From an uncultured Candidatus Saccharibacteria bacterium (GTDB lineage Bacteria; Patescibacteriota; Minisyncoccia; Phycocordibacterales; DATGWK01), in NCBI GenBank assembly GCA_964492195.1, contig CAZBJL010000005.1:1-58201 (forward strand): a stretch of 58,201 nt of DNA. Direction: 5' to 3'. The translations under genes were made by a program, and so were the position numbers. The notes beneath the pieces were generated by a model that saw only the letters and a program-made list of their open reading frames with translations, did no database searches and was not told where the DNA came from. Positions 28,163-36,474 of the stretch are shown here, piece by piece (position 1 is the first letter of the stretch; each line of letters opens with the position of its first letter).

Positions 28163-31100
28163 TTATTCTTCGCTTCCCTTACTTGATTTGGTGTCATCGG
28201 CATCTCTGTCTGCTTTTCGGAGTTCGACATCAAGACCCAAACCGCGGAGGTTGTTAAGAAGCACATTAAACGATGCGGGAATATTTAATTCTCGGATCGG
28301 CTCACCTTTCACGATTGCATCGAATGCAGCAGAACGACCGACGATATCGTCTGACTTAATGGTGAGCATTTCACGAAGTGTATGTGCGGCACCGTAGCCC
28401 AAAAGTGCCCAGACTTCCATTTCTCCAAATCGCTGACCTCCGTTTTGTGCCTTTCCACCGAGTGGCTGCTGGGTAATAAGAGAGTATGGACCGATTGAAC
28501 GCATGTGGATTTTATCTTCAACCATGTGATGAAGCTTCATGATGTACATGTAACCGACTGCAATTTTCTGACCAAAGGTTTCACCTGTTCGTCCGTCAAA
28601 AAGTGATACTTTGCCATCTTCGTTGAAGCCAGCTTTTTTGAGTTCGTCTTTGATTTCAACATCGCTTGCACCAGAGAACGGCGGCACAATTGCTTGGTAG
28701 CCAAGCGTATTTGCAGCAAGACCCAAATGCATTTCAAGAATCTGACCCAAGTTCATACGAGATGGAACACCAAGTGGCGTCAAAATAATGTCGATCGGCG
28801 TACCGTCTGCCATGTATGGCATATCTTCTTCTGGAAGAATCTTTGAAATAACACCTTTGTTACCGTGGCGACCTGCGAGTTTGTCTCCAACAGACACGTT
28901 TCGAAGCTGCGCAACTTCAATATGAATACTCTTGATGATTCCTGATTCGAGTTTGTCTCCACGCTCACGTGAGAACACTTGAACGTTAATGATTCGGCCA
29001 CGTTTTCCACCTTCCATTCTCTTTGATGTGTCTTTTACATCGCGAGCTTTTTCACCGAAGAGAGATCGGAGCAAACGTTCTTCTGGAGTAAGCTGACTTT
29101 CACCTTTTGGAGTAATTTTTCCAACGAGAATGTCGCCGGGACGAACTTCTGCACCAATGCGGATAATTCCGTCTTCAGCCAAATTTTTGAGTTTTGTTTC
29201 ACCGACGTTTGGAATGTCGCAGGTTGTAACTTCGGGACCGAGTTTTGTATCGCGAACGTTTACAACAAATTCTTCGATATGAATGCTTGTAAATTTGCTG
29301 TTTTTAACGAGTCGTTCAGAAAGAATAATGGCGTCTTCGTAGTTGGCACCAGACCATGACATGAATGCAACGAGGATGTTTTGCCCAAGAGCCATTTCAC
29401 CGCGATCGCTCGAAGATGTGTCGGCCATGATGTCACCTTTTTTAACCTTGTCACCAACGTTCACGCTTGGGCGCTGATGGAAACAGGTAAAACCGTTTGT
29501 TCGGGAGAAGTTTACAAGTTTGTATTCTTTTTCTTTTCCGCCTTTTGTATTTTTAACGATAATTTTCTTGGCGTCGGATGCGATGATTACACCGTCTTCT
29601 TCAGCTAAAAGGAGGCGACCTGTGTCACGAACTGCTTTACCTTCGATACCTGTCGCAACAAGAGGAGCTTCAGGAACGATACAAGGAGTTGCTTGCTTCT
29701 GCATGTTCGAACCCATGAGCGCTCGGCTCGCATCGTCGTGATTCAAAAATGGAATCATCGAAGTCGCAACAGAGAACGCTTGGTTTGTATCAACGTCGAT
29801 ATAGTCAACCTTGTCTTTTGAAACAACGATAGGATCGCCTGCAAGTCGAACTTCGACATCGTTATCAAGAATCATGTTGTTGTCGCCAACAGAAGTTGCG
29901 GCGTGTGCAATATAGAAAGATTCTTCTTCCATTGCATTAAGGTAGACGATTTCGTCGGTAACTTTACCGTTTTTAACCTTTGCGTACGGAGTTTCGATCA
30001 TGCCGAATTCATTGAGTCGAGCATAGAGACCGAGACGCAAAATAAGACCGATGTTTGGACCTTCGGGAGTGTGGATCGGACAGAGACGACCGTAATGTGA
30101 TGGATGAACGTCTCGAACTTCGAAACCAGCGCGAGCACGATTCAAACCGCCGGGACCGAGGGCTGAAAGTGTTCGTAAATGCTCGATTTCAGAAAGAGCA
30201 TTTTCCTGTTGCATGAACTGTGAGAGTTGATTGGTTGTGAAAAATTCTTTGATTCGAGCTTGGAGCGGTTTTGGACTAATAAACTGCACCGGAAGCGTAA
30301 TGTCGCTTTCAACCGTCGACATTCTGTTCTGAATGTTTCGTTTGATTTGAGCCATACCCATGCGAATTTTCTGCTGGAACATTTCTCCAACAAATCGCAC
30401 ACGGCGTGAACCGAGATGATCGATATCGTCTTCAACAGAGCCTGGAGTCGTATTCAAAACTCCAATGTGATTGATGATAGTTACAACGTCATCAAGAGAA
30501 AGAACCTTTCGTTCCAATTCCCCTTCTGACATTTTCTTTTCAAAACGCTTGTTGAACTGGACACGACCGACACGAGAAAAATCGTATCGTTCTTCACCAA
30601 AAATAGATTTGATAAATTCGCGGGCATTGTCTGCAGTTGCAAGGTCACCGTCGCGAAGTCGTTTGTGAATTTCAATAAAAGCTTCATCGAGAGACTTTGT
30701 GTGGTCTTTTACCAACGTTTTGTCGATGAAAGATTTGGCTGCAGAATCTTTAAACAAATCCTGAATGTTTTTGTCTGTAGCAGCACCGAGGACACGGAGG
30801 AGTGATGTAACGGGGAATTTTCGTTTTCGGTCGATTCGGGCAAACATACTGCCGTCAGAATCAGTTTCGATTTCAATCCACGCACCACGAGCTGGGATTA
30901 TCTTTGCACCAAACAAAATTTTGCCTTTGAGTTCATTGAGAGTAAAAAATACACCGAAAGATCGAGCAAGTTGCGGGACAACAACGCGCTCAACTCCGCT
31001 GATGATGAACGTACCGTGGTCAGTCATGACTGGCATGTCCGCCATGAAGATTTCCTGTTCTTTAGAAGTTCCGAGAGTGAGATTTTTGAGACGAATCTTT

Positions 31101-31378
31101 ACCTTAAGAGACGCTTCGTAAGACATTTTATTGTCTTTTGCGTAGTATTCGTCGAATTTTGGCTCTGCAAGTTCAAAACCAGTGAAATCGAGTTGAAACT
31201 TCTTTCCAGAATAGTCTTTAATAGAAGAAAATTCGCTGAAGACTTCTTTGAGGCCGTCTTTGAGAAGCCATTGGAAAGAATTCACCTGCGATTCGACGAA
31301 ATTTGGCATCTCGGTGAGAGGCTTTTTGAATTTCGCAAAATATTTTTTTACGATTGGCTGTGTCCCAGTTTTATCCAT
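28163..31378 (-). CDS. rpoB: DNA-directed RNA polymerase subunit beta
   Basis: Conserved blocks throughout, e.g. GRHGNKGVISKI and GGQRFGEMEVWAL. Confidence 0.98.
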   Translation of the reverse strand: MDKTGTQPIVKKYFAKFKKPLTEMPNFVESQVNSFQWLLKDGLKEVFSEFSSIKDYSGKKFQLDFTGFELAEPKFDEYYAKDNKMSYEASLKVKIRLKNLTLGTSKEQEIFMADMPVMTDHGTFIISGVERVVVPQLARSFGVFFTLNELKGKILFGAKIIPARGAWIEIETDSDGSMFARIDRKRKFPVTSLLRVLGAATDKNIQDLFKDSAAKSFIDKTLVKDHTKSLDEAFIEIHKRLRDGDLATADNAREFIKSIFGEERYDFSRVGRVQFNKRFEKKMSEGELERKVLSLDDVVTIINHIGVLNTTPGSVEDDIDHLGSRRVRFVGEMFQQKIRMGMAQIKRNIQNRMSTVESDITLPVQFISPKPLQARIKEFFTTNQLSQFMQQENALSEIEHLRTLSALGPGGLNRARAGFEVRDVHPSHYGRLCPIHTPEGPNIGLILRLGLYARLNEFGMIETPYAKVKNGKVTDEIVYLNAMEEESFYIAHAATSVGDNNMILDNDVEVRLAGDPIVVSKDKVDYIDVDTNQAFSVATSMIPFLNHDDASRALMGSNMQKQATPCIVPEAPLVATGIEGKAVRDTGRLLLAEEDGVIIASDAKKIIVKNTKGGKEKEYKLVNFSRTNGFTCFHQRPSVNVGDKVKKGDIMADTSSSDRGEMALGQNILVAFMSWSGANYEDAIILSERLVKNSKFTSIHIEEFVVNVRDTKLGPEVTTCDIPNVGETKLKNLAEDGIIRIGAEVRPGDILVGKITPKGESQLTPEERLLRSLFGEKARDVKDTSKRMEGGKRGRIINVQVFSRERGDKLESGIIKSIHIEVAQLRNVSVGDKLAGRHGNKGVISKILPEEDMPYMADGTPIDIILTPLGVPSRMNLGQILEMHLGLAANTLGYQAIVPPFSGASDVEIKDELKKAGFNEDGKVSLFDGRTGETFGQKIAVGYMYIMKLHHMVEDKIHMRSIGPYSLITQQPLGGKAQNGGQRFGEMEVWALLGYGAAHTLREMLTIKSDDIVGRSAAFDAIVKGEPIRELNIPASFNVLLNNLRGLGLDVELRKADRDADDTKSSKGSEE

Positions 31379-31612
31379 AATGTTTTATTAAAATTTTCTA
31401 AATAATCCTTTCAAACATTCTTCTCACACAGCAGTCTCCTGCATTCATTTACAAAAAAATAGAAAAGACGGAAAAATTCCCCCTGTGGATAAGGGTTCTT
31501 GATCTTCTTTTTAATTTATCTATTTAAATGAGGCACGTTGCCGCTTGTATCTAAAACAGCCTTGTAAACCTTCATTTTCTGCCACGACTCAATCGGAATG
31601 AATTGGACCCCG

Positions 31613-31641
31613 ATTATATACTGGGGTGCGTATTTGGTCAA
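31613..31641 (-). promoter_or_regulatory. rpoBC promoter, giving a ~228-nt leader
   Basis: Minus strand reads TTGACC-17-TATAAT. Confidence 0.6.
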
Positions 31642-31644
31642 GTA

Positions 31645-31734
31645 AATAAAAACCCCGAACACAGCCTTTGTGTAGGGGGTCCATGGACGAGAGCGCCGAA
31701 GCGCAAGATCGAATGAATACAGAGTAAACGTTCT
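31645..31734 (-). ncRNA. Candidate small RNA 2 (self-contained promoter-to-terminator unit)
   Basis: Starts ~7 nt after the TATGAT -10 box. Internal hairpins ACAGAG/CTCTGT and GCGC-UUCG-GCGC. Ends with CCCC..ACACA/UGUGU..GGGG followed by UUUUUAUUU. Confidence 0.45.
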
Positions 31735-31740
31735 CTGTTA

Positions 31741-31768
31741 ATCATACTGCGCCCACACTTATAGTCAA
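31741..31768 (-). promoter_or_regulatory. Promoter of candidate sRNA 2
   Basis: Minus strand reads TTGACT-16-TATGAT. Confidence 0.55.
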
Positions 31769-31771
31769 GCA

Positions 31772-31894
31772 AAGAAAAAGGGCCGCCACCCGAAGGTAGG
31801 CGGCCCAGTTGGAATGGAGGAGTCTGGGACTCCAAACCAACGTCTCAGGGTCCAAAGACCAAAAAGCTTCACCTGAAGCCAACACATGACATCT
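31772..31894 (-). ncRNA. Candidate small RNA 1 (self-contained promoter-to-terminator unit)
   Basis: Starts ~7 nt after the TAATCT -10 box. Hairpin GUUGG..GGAGUC-cca-GACUCC..CCAAC. Terminator GGGCCGCC-uaccuucgggu-GGCGGCCC followed by UUUUUCUUU. Confidence 0.45.
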
Positions 31895-31900
31895 TTCACT

Positions 31901-31928
31901 AGATTACACCGACACAAGACTCTGTCAA
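31901..31928 (-). promoter_or_regulatory. Promoter of candidate sRNA 1
   Basis: Minus strand reads TTGACA-16-TAATCT, directly after the trmD stop. Confidence 0.55.
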
Positions 31929-31932
31929 CAGG

Positions 31933-32574
31933 CTACTTCTTTGCTCGCCACTCCTCTATTTTTTTATGATCACCGGAAAGAAGGACCTTGGGCACTTTGT
32001 ATTTTTTACCTTTATATTCTAAAACTTCTGGTCGAGTGTATACGTCAGAACTCGCCGCTCGACTTTCTTCCAAAGAATCAAAATTTCCGAGCACGCCTTT
32101 CACCTGTCGAGCAACACAATCCATAATAAGCATTGCGGGCAATTCCCCACCTGTGAGCACAAACGGTCCAATCGAAACATCTTCCATTTTAAAAACTTTT
32201 TTTACCCGAGCATCAATACCTTCGTAACGGCCAGAGACAATAATGATGTCAGTGTATTTTTTGGCAGCAGTTTTGGCGTATTCGTTCGTAAATTGCACAC
32301 CTCCAGGAGAAAGGAAAATGATTTTTGGTTTACGTTTCTTGCCTGAAGCCTTCATTGCAGCTTCGATAGCCCTGATCGTTGGGAGTGCCCGCACTACCAT
32401 CCCTGGCCCACCGCCGTATGGTTTATCATCAGCTCGCTTACCTTCTGTTTCAAAGTCTTTAGGATCATAAAATGTGATCTTAATCTTTTTGTCTTCAATG
32501 GCGCGCTTAATGATCGACTCGGAAAGATACGAGTCGAAAGCGCCTGGAAAAAGGGTTATGACGTGAAAATTCAT
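31933..32574 (-). CDS. trmD: tRNA (guanine37-N1)-methyltransferase
   Basis: MNFHVITLFPGAF..., GGGPGMV and GRYEGIDARV motifs. The start was chosen at the conserved N-terminus; the ORF extends to 32616. Confidence 0.93.
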   Translation of the reverse strand: MNFHVITLFPGAFDSYLSESIIKRAIEDKKIKITFYDPKDFETEGKRADDKPYGGGPGMVVRALPTIRAIEAAMKASGKKRKPKIIFLSPGGVQFTNEYAKTAAKKYTDIIIVSGRYEGIDARVKKVFKMEDVSIGPFVLTGGELPAMLIMDCVARQVKGVLGNFDSLEESRAASSDVYTRPEVLEYKGKKYKVPKVLLSGDHKKIEEWRAKK

Positions 32575-32643
32575 CGCCGCACAATACCACAAAATCCAAT
32601 TTACGTAAAACCGCACTCATACGAGTGCGGTTTACTGACAAGA

Positions 32644-32952
32644 CTAGAGTTTCAAATCCGCCATTGCTTCGTCGACGGTTTTGCTTGCCTTTACTACCTT
32701 TTCGCCACCAACTGGCTCATTTATTTTAAGATTTACGCGAGCGTTGTGCTTCATGCCAACAACTCGAAGAAGGGTTCGAATGGCTTTTGCTGTGTTTCCT
32801 TCCCGACCGATCACCTTACCCATATCTGCGGAGTTAACGTCGAGGGTCAAAAGTACGCCCATTTCATCAACAACTCGTGTAATTTTTACATCGTTTGGAT
32901 TATCAACCAACGCTCGGACAACAAATTCTAAAAACTGACTGTCATGTTCCAT
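32644..32952 (-). CDS. KH-domain RNA-binding protein (YlqC/UPF0109 family)
   Basis: GKVIGREGNTAKAIRTLL GXXG KH motif, in the conserved position between rpsP and trmD. Confidence 0.85.
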   Translation of the reverse strand: MEHDSQFLEFVVRALVDNPNDVKITRVVDEMGVLLTLDVNSADMGKVIGREGNTAKAIRTLLRVVGMKHNARVNLKINEPVGGEKVVKASKTVDEAMADLKL

Positions 32953-33046
32953 GTTTTAAAGTTTAGCTGTTTATAAAGTACTTGCCTGTATTCAGAATAG
33001 GGGAAAAAACAACTAGTAGCAACGGAGAAGTCAACAGTTCTTTAAC

Positions 33047-33188
33047 TAATCTTCCAACGAGAGCGCCGTAAATTCTGCTGAATTTCGGCTACTCTCGCCC
33101 ACGGAATGACTTTCGAGAATTCATGACGAAAGTCATTCCTGCCTGCGGAAACTCTCGTTGGAAGATTAGTTTGGAAAAAATACAATAC
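33047..33188 (-). ncRNA. Candidate structured RNA element, copy A (strand assignment tentative)
   Basis: Perfect 17-bp outer helix (33047-33063 pairs with 33152-33168) enclosing a conserved hairpin and a 12-bp hairpin (33104-33115 pairs with 33127-33138). A 21-nt box shared with copy B lies at 33169-33188. Confidence 0.45.
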
Positions 33189-33207
33189 GCACACTAAAAA
33201 AGAGGGA

Positions 33208-33588
33208 TTATGCTTGTACTGGCTCTGGAGCAACTTCTGCAGGAGCAGTCGGAGCTTCTGGAGCAGGTGCTGCGACTTCTGCCGGTGCACCACCTTCAAC
33301 TTCTTTCTTGATTGGACGTTTCTTTGGGAGAACGTTTACTTTTTTACCAGGAATAAGTTTGCGGCTCACAAGGAGGTTGTGGATTGTGCCAGAAAGTTTG
33401 GCACCGTGAGACATCCAGTGTTTTACTCGGTCGAATTTAATTTCGGCCTTTTCAGCTCGGCGAGAATCAAAAGAACCCAACACTTCAAGAGACTTACCGC
33501 TCTTTGGACCGTTCTTTGAATCCGTTAAAACCACGCGGAAAGTCGGCTCGTTCTTTCGGCCAACCCTTTGTAATCGAATCATAAGCAT
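33208..33588 (-). CDS. rpsP: 30S ribosomal protein S16 with an Ala/Pro/Glu-rich C-terminal tail
   Basis: MLMIRLQRVGRKNEPTFRVVLTDS... is a canonical S16 N-terminus. The ORF extends to 33624. Confidence 0.93.
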   Translation of the reverse strand: MLMIRLQRVGRKNEPTFRVVLTDSKNGPKSGKSLEVLGSFDSRRAEKAEIKFDRVKHWMSHGAKLSGTIHNLLVSRKLIPGKKVNVLPKKRPIKKEVEGGAPAEVAAPAPEAPTAPAEVAPEPVQA

Positions 33589-33698
33589 GGGGGCCATTGT
33601 AGCAGGGGTTTTTAAAAGGGTCAATGTCTTTTAAGCCCTATCCTCCGAAGACAAAAGAAAACCGCGCAAAGCGCGGTTGGAGCACTGCCCGACAATCC

Positions 33699-34304
33699 CT
33701 AAGTAGGAAAAGTGGACCTGGTTGCTACAAGATAAGACCCTTCGGGCAAAAGTACACAGAACCGATGAGTCAACTCATAGAGCTGATAGAATTCTTCCCT
33801 ACACAGAGCCAACATCTCCTCCGAATGTCTTTTGCCGACTGACTGAAGTCCCACCCATGAATCTTCCACGACAGTCCTGTGATGAACGATAGAGGCACCC
33901 AACTCCCTCAACCGCACCGCAGCACGTGATTCAAGGACCCCTGGATTCAATGGGTCATCGTTCTTGAAACAGAGCATACTCCTCAACGTCTGAATGTCAT
34001 TAAAGAAATACTGGCAGAGTGTGGGCTTGGGCCAATAGTCGATAATCACACAGACCACGAGGAAAGGAACAAAGTAGAAAAAGATGGTAGATCCAGATGC
34101 TTTTACACGTTCGGGGTATAAAAGCATCACTACAAGACCCAAAAGAATGAGGGTACTCATATTTATCGCGATTAACCACTTCTTCCATTGATGTAGTCGG
34201 TCGGATCTCTCGACCTCTGCCCGCGAGACATGTGTACTTTCTGCCCAGCGAGTAAGAAGGTCTTCATGAATCAAACCCGTACGAATTGCCTTACGCAGAG
34301 TCAT
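33699..34304 (-). CDS. Hypothetical membrane protein (orphan with an SD)
   Basis: AAGGAG lies upstream of the ATG. Two central TM segments. It looks more G+C-rich than its neighbours. No known domain. Confidence 0.55.
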   Translation of the reverse strand: MTLRKAIRTGLIHEDLLTRWAESTHVSRAEVERSDRLHQWKKWLIAINMSTLILLGLVVMLLYPERVKASGSTIFFYFVPFLVVCVIIDYWPKPTLCQYFFNDIQTLRSMLCFKNDDPLNPGVLESRAAVRLRELGASIVHHRTVVEDSWVGLQSVGKRHSEEMLALCREEFYQLYELTHRFCVLLPEGSYLVATRSTFPT

Positions 34305-34443
34305 GCGACGCTCCTTATTTCATTGTGAAAGATGTGCAACTTATATAACGATTCTGCGAAAAAAATATCACAGAATCAGTCTTTGTCAATAACTGTAGTT
34401 CCACCCACCTTCCCAAAGTAATGACTTTCCCCTCTTTTCTGGT

Positions 34444-36438
34444 ATGATTTCAGCACAAATGAAACAGTCAGACAGTACGAGTTCGGGAAGTACGGGCGAA
34501 CAAAATCACCCAAAATCGGACCAGAAAACAGAGACAACACTCACAGGTAAACTCACAGTCAGTGGCCGCGGCACTGGTTATTTGCGTATTCTTGACCGAG
34601 AAGAAGATATCGAAATCGACAATCAACTCCTCCGAACAGCGCTCAACGGTGACGAGGTTACCGTTTCTCTCCTTCCCCGAGTTACAGGCGAACGACAAAA
34701 AGGTGAGGTTACAGAAATAATTTCTCGTGCCCGAAACAACTTCGTCGGTGTTGTTGAAATGAACAACGGTATCTACATCGTTCCGGATGATCGTCGCATG
34801 TACAAAGATATTGTCGTAAAGCCAGAAAATTCCCTCGATGCAAAAGCTGGCGACAAAGTTCATGTGACACTTTTCCCGTGGCTCGATGCGAAGAAAAATC
34901 CTGAAGGCAAAGTCATCCAAATCATTGGCCGAAAGGGCGAACACAATGCCGAAATGGAAGCGATCGTGATCGAAAGCGGTTTTGAAAATAGCTTTCCGCA
35001 AAATGTCGTCGACGAAGCCGAAGCAATCGCCGCACACGAACGAGCACGGATGGAAGAAGAAACGGCTCTTCGTGCCGACCTCCGAGACATCACCACGTTT
35101 ACGATTGATCCGTTTGACGCCAAAGACTTCGACGATGCTATTTCCGTAAAAGAACTCGGCGATGGCACCTACGAAATCGGCGTTCACATTGCTGACGTGT
35201 CGCACTTCGTTCGCCCAGGTGGCCCACTTGATGCTGAAGCGCGCAAACGTGCTCTTTCTGTCTACCTCGTTGACCGGACGATCCCCATGCTTCCAGAAGT
35301 ACTTTCAAACGACCTCTGTAGCTTGAATCCGAACGTCGACCGTTTAGCGTTCAGCGCCATTTTTACCATGACAGATGATGGCGTAATTTCTAAACGCTGG
35401 TTTGGAAAATCAACGATCAATTCAAACAAACGCTTTTCATATGAAGAAGCCCAAGACGTACTCAACAAAAAATCTGGTGAATTTTCAAAAGAACTTTTGC
35501 TTTTAAATAAAATTGCCTACGCACTTCGTAAAGTAAAATTCGCCGACGGGGCAATTGATTTTGAAACGACTGAAGTCAAATTCAAACTCGACGAGAAAGG
35601 CAAACCGATTTCTGTATACAAAAAAGAACGTCTCGATACTCATAAGCTCGTTGAAGACTTCATGCTTCTCGCCAACCGCGAAGTTGCCGAATATATTTTC
35701 AAATCCCACAAAAATCGCCGAGGTTTTTCTCTGTACCGAATTCACGACATGCCAGATCCACAAAAGATCACTGATTTGGCATTGTTCCTAAAAGCGATGG
35801 GATATGAATTGAAAAATACTGACGGCAAAATTACGTCAAAAGACATCAACGAACTCCTCAAAAAAGTCGACAACAGCCCGAACGAAGATTTGATAAAAAC
35901 CGCAACAATCCGTTCTATGTCAAAAGCAATTTACTCAACCAAAAATATTGGCCACTTCGGTCTTGGGTTCCGTTTTTACACTCACTTCACCTCGCCTATT
36001 CGCCGCTACCCCGACCTCATCGTTCACCGCATTCTCGAACAAGAACTCAAAGGCAAGCCAGTAGACGCCGATGAATTCGCTCGACTCGAACGCATTGCAA
36101 CCGAATCCTCAAACCGAGAAGTAAATGCTGCCGAAGCCGAACGCGCATCTATTAAATACAAACAAGTTGAGTACATGGGTACTCGAATCGGCCAGATTTT
36201 TGATGGAAAAATTTCTGGTGTCGCTGAATTCGGAATTTTTGTTGAAGAAAAAGAAACTGGCTGTGAAGGCATGGTTCGCCTCCGAGACCTCGGAAGTGAT
36301 TTTTATACATTAGATAAAAAGAATTACGCTGTTGTCGGTGAAAAAACACGAAAGCGTTTCTCTCTCGGTGACAAAGTAAAATTTAAAGTCGTTGGCGCCG
36401 ACCTCGAACGTCGAGCTCTCGACTACGTCTTCGTGTAA
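34444..36438 (+). CDS. rnr: Ribonuclease R
   Basis: Cold-shock/OB N-terminus, RNB catalytic domain (FTIDPFDAKDFDDA, HFTSPIRRYPDL) and C-terminal S1 domain. Confidence 0.93.
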   Translation: MISAQMKQSDSTSSGSTGEQNHPKSDQKTETTLTGKLTVSGRGTGYLRILDREEDIEIDNQLLRTALNGDEVTVSLLPRVTGERQKGEVTEIISRARNNFVGVVEMNNGIYIVPDDRRMYKDIVVKPENSLDAKAGDKVHVTLFPWLDAKKNPEGKVIQIIGRKGEHNAEMEAIVIESGFENSFPQNVVDEAEAIAAHERARMEEETALRADLRDITTFTIDPFDAKDFDDAISVKELGDGTYEIGVHIADVSHFVRPGGPLDAEARKRALSVYLVDRTIPMLPEVLSNDLCSLNPNVDRLAFSAIFTMTDDGVISKRWFGKSTINSNKRFSYEEAQDVLNKKSGEFSKELLLLNKIAYALRKVKFADGAIDFETTEVKFKLDEKGKPISVYKKERLDTHKLVEDFMLLANREVAEYIFKSHKNRRGFSLYRIHDMPDPQKITDLALFLKAMGYELKNTDGKITSKDINELLKKVDNSPNEDLIKTATIRSMSKAIYSTKNIGHFGLGFRFYTHFTSPIRRYPDLIVHRILEQELKGKPVDADEFARLERIATESSNREVNAAEAERASIKYKQVEYMGTRIGQIFDGKISGVAEFGIFVEEKETGCEGMVRLRDLGSDFYTLDKKNYAVVGEKTRKRFSLGDKVKFKVVGADLERRALDYVFV

Positions 36439-36445
36439 AAGAAAA

Positions 36446-36467
36446 GGCTTGAGCAAATGCTCAAGCC
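36446..36467. terminator. Bidirectional terminator hairpin
   Basis: GGCTTGAGC-aaat-GCTCAAGCC, flanked by an A-run and a T-run, between convergent genes. Confidence 0.75.
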
Positions 36468-36474
36468 TGAATTT

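Noticed and set aside
24486-31405. Many 60-190-aa ORFs on the plus strand inside rpoC and rpoB, and similar antisense ORFs inside dnaG, rpoD, dnaE, gyrB, smc and rnr.
   Set aside because: They lie antisense to, or out of frame with, long and unmistakably conserved genes. They have low-complexity translations and no start signals, so they are frame-shadow artefacts.
31687-31698. 12-nt identity (ACGAGAGCGCCG) between candidate sRNA 2 and element A.
   Set aside because: About one chance 12-mer match between a ~120-nt element and both strands of a 58-kb window is expected, and the flanking sequence does not align.
31638-31835. 65-aa minus-strand ORF in the trmD-rpoB spacer.
   Set aside because: It spans two intrinsic terminators and a promoter and has no RBS. 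The region is better explained as two small non-coding transcription units.
33047-33168. Integron attC site or MITE interpretation of elements A and B. The arms contain CCAAC...GTTGG, which resembles attC R''/R' boxes.
   Set aside because: The boxes do not fit RYYYAAC/GTTRRRY exactly, and copy B lacks them. No integrase or cassette context is present. The terminal arms differ completely between copies, which does not fit a transposing repeat.
33042-33299. 85-aa minus-strand ORF covering element A, and the 71-aa plus-strand ORF (42710-42925) covering element B.
   Set aside because: Both run through long perfect hairpins and into neighbouring genes. One uses a TTG start with no RBS. There is no coding-like conservation between the two paralogous elements.
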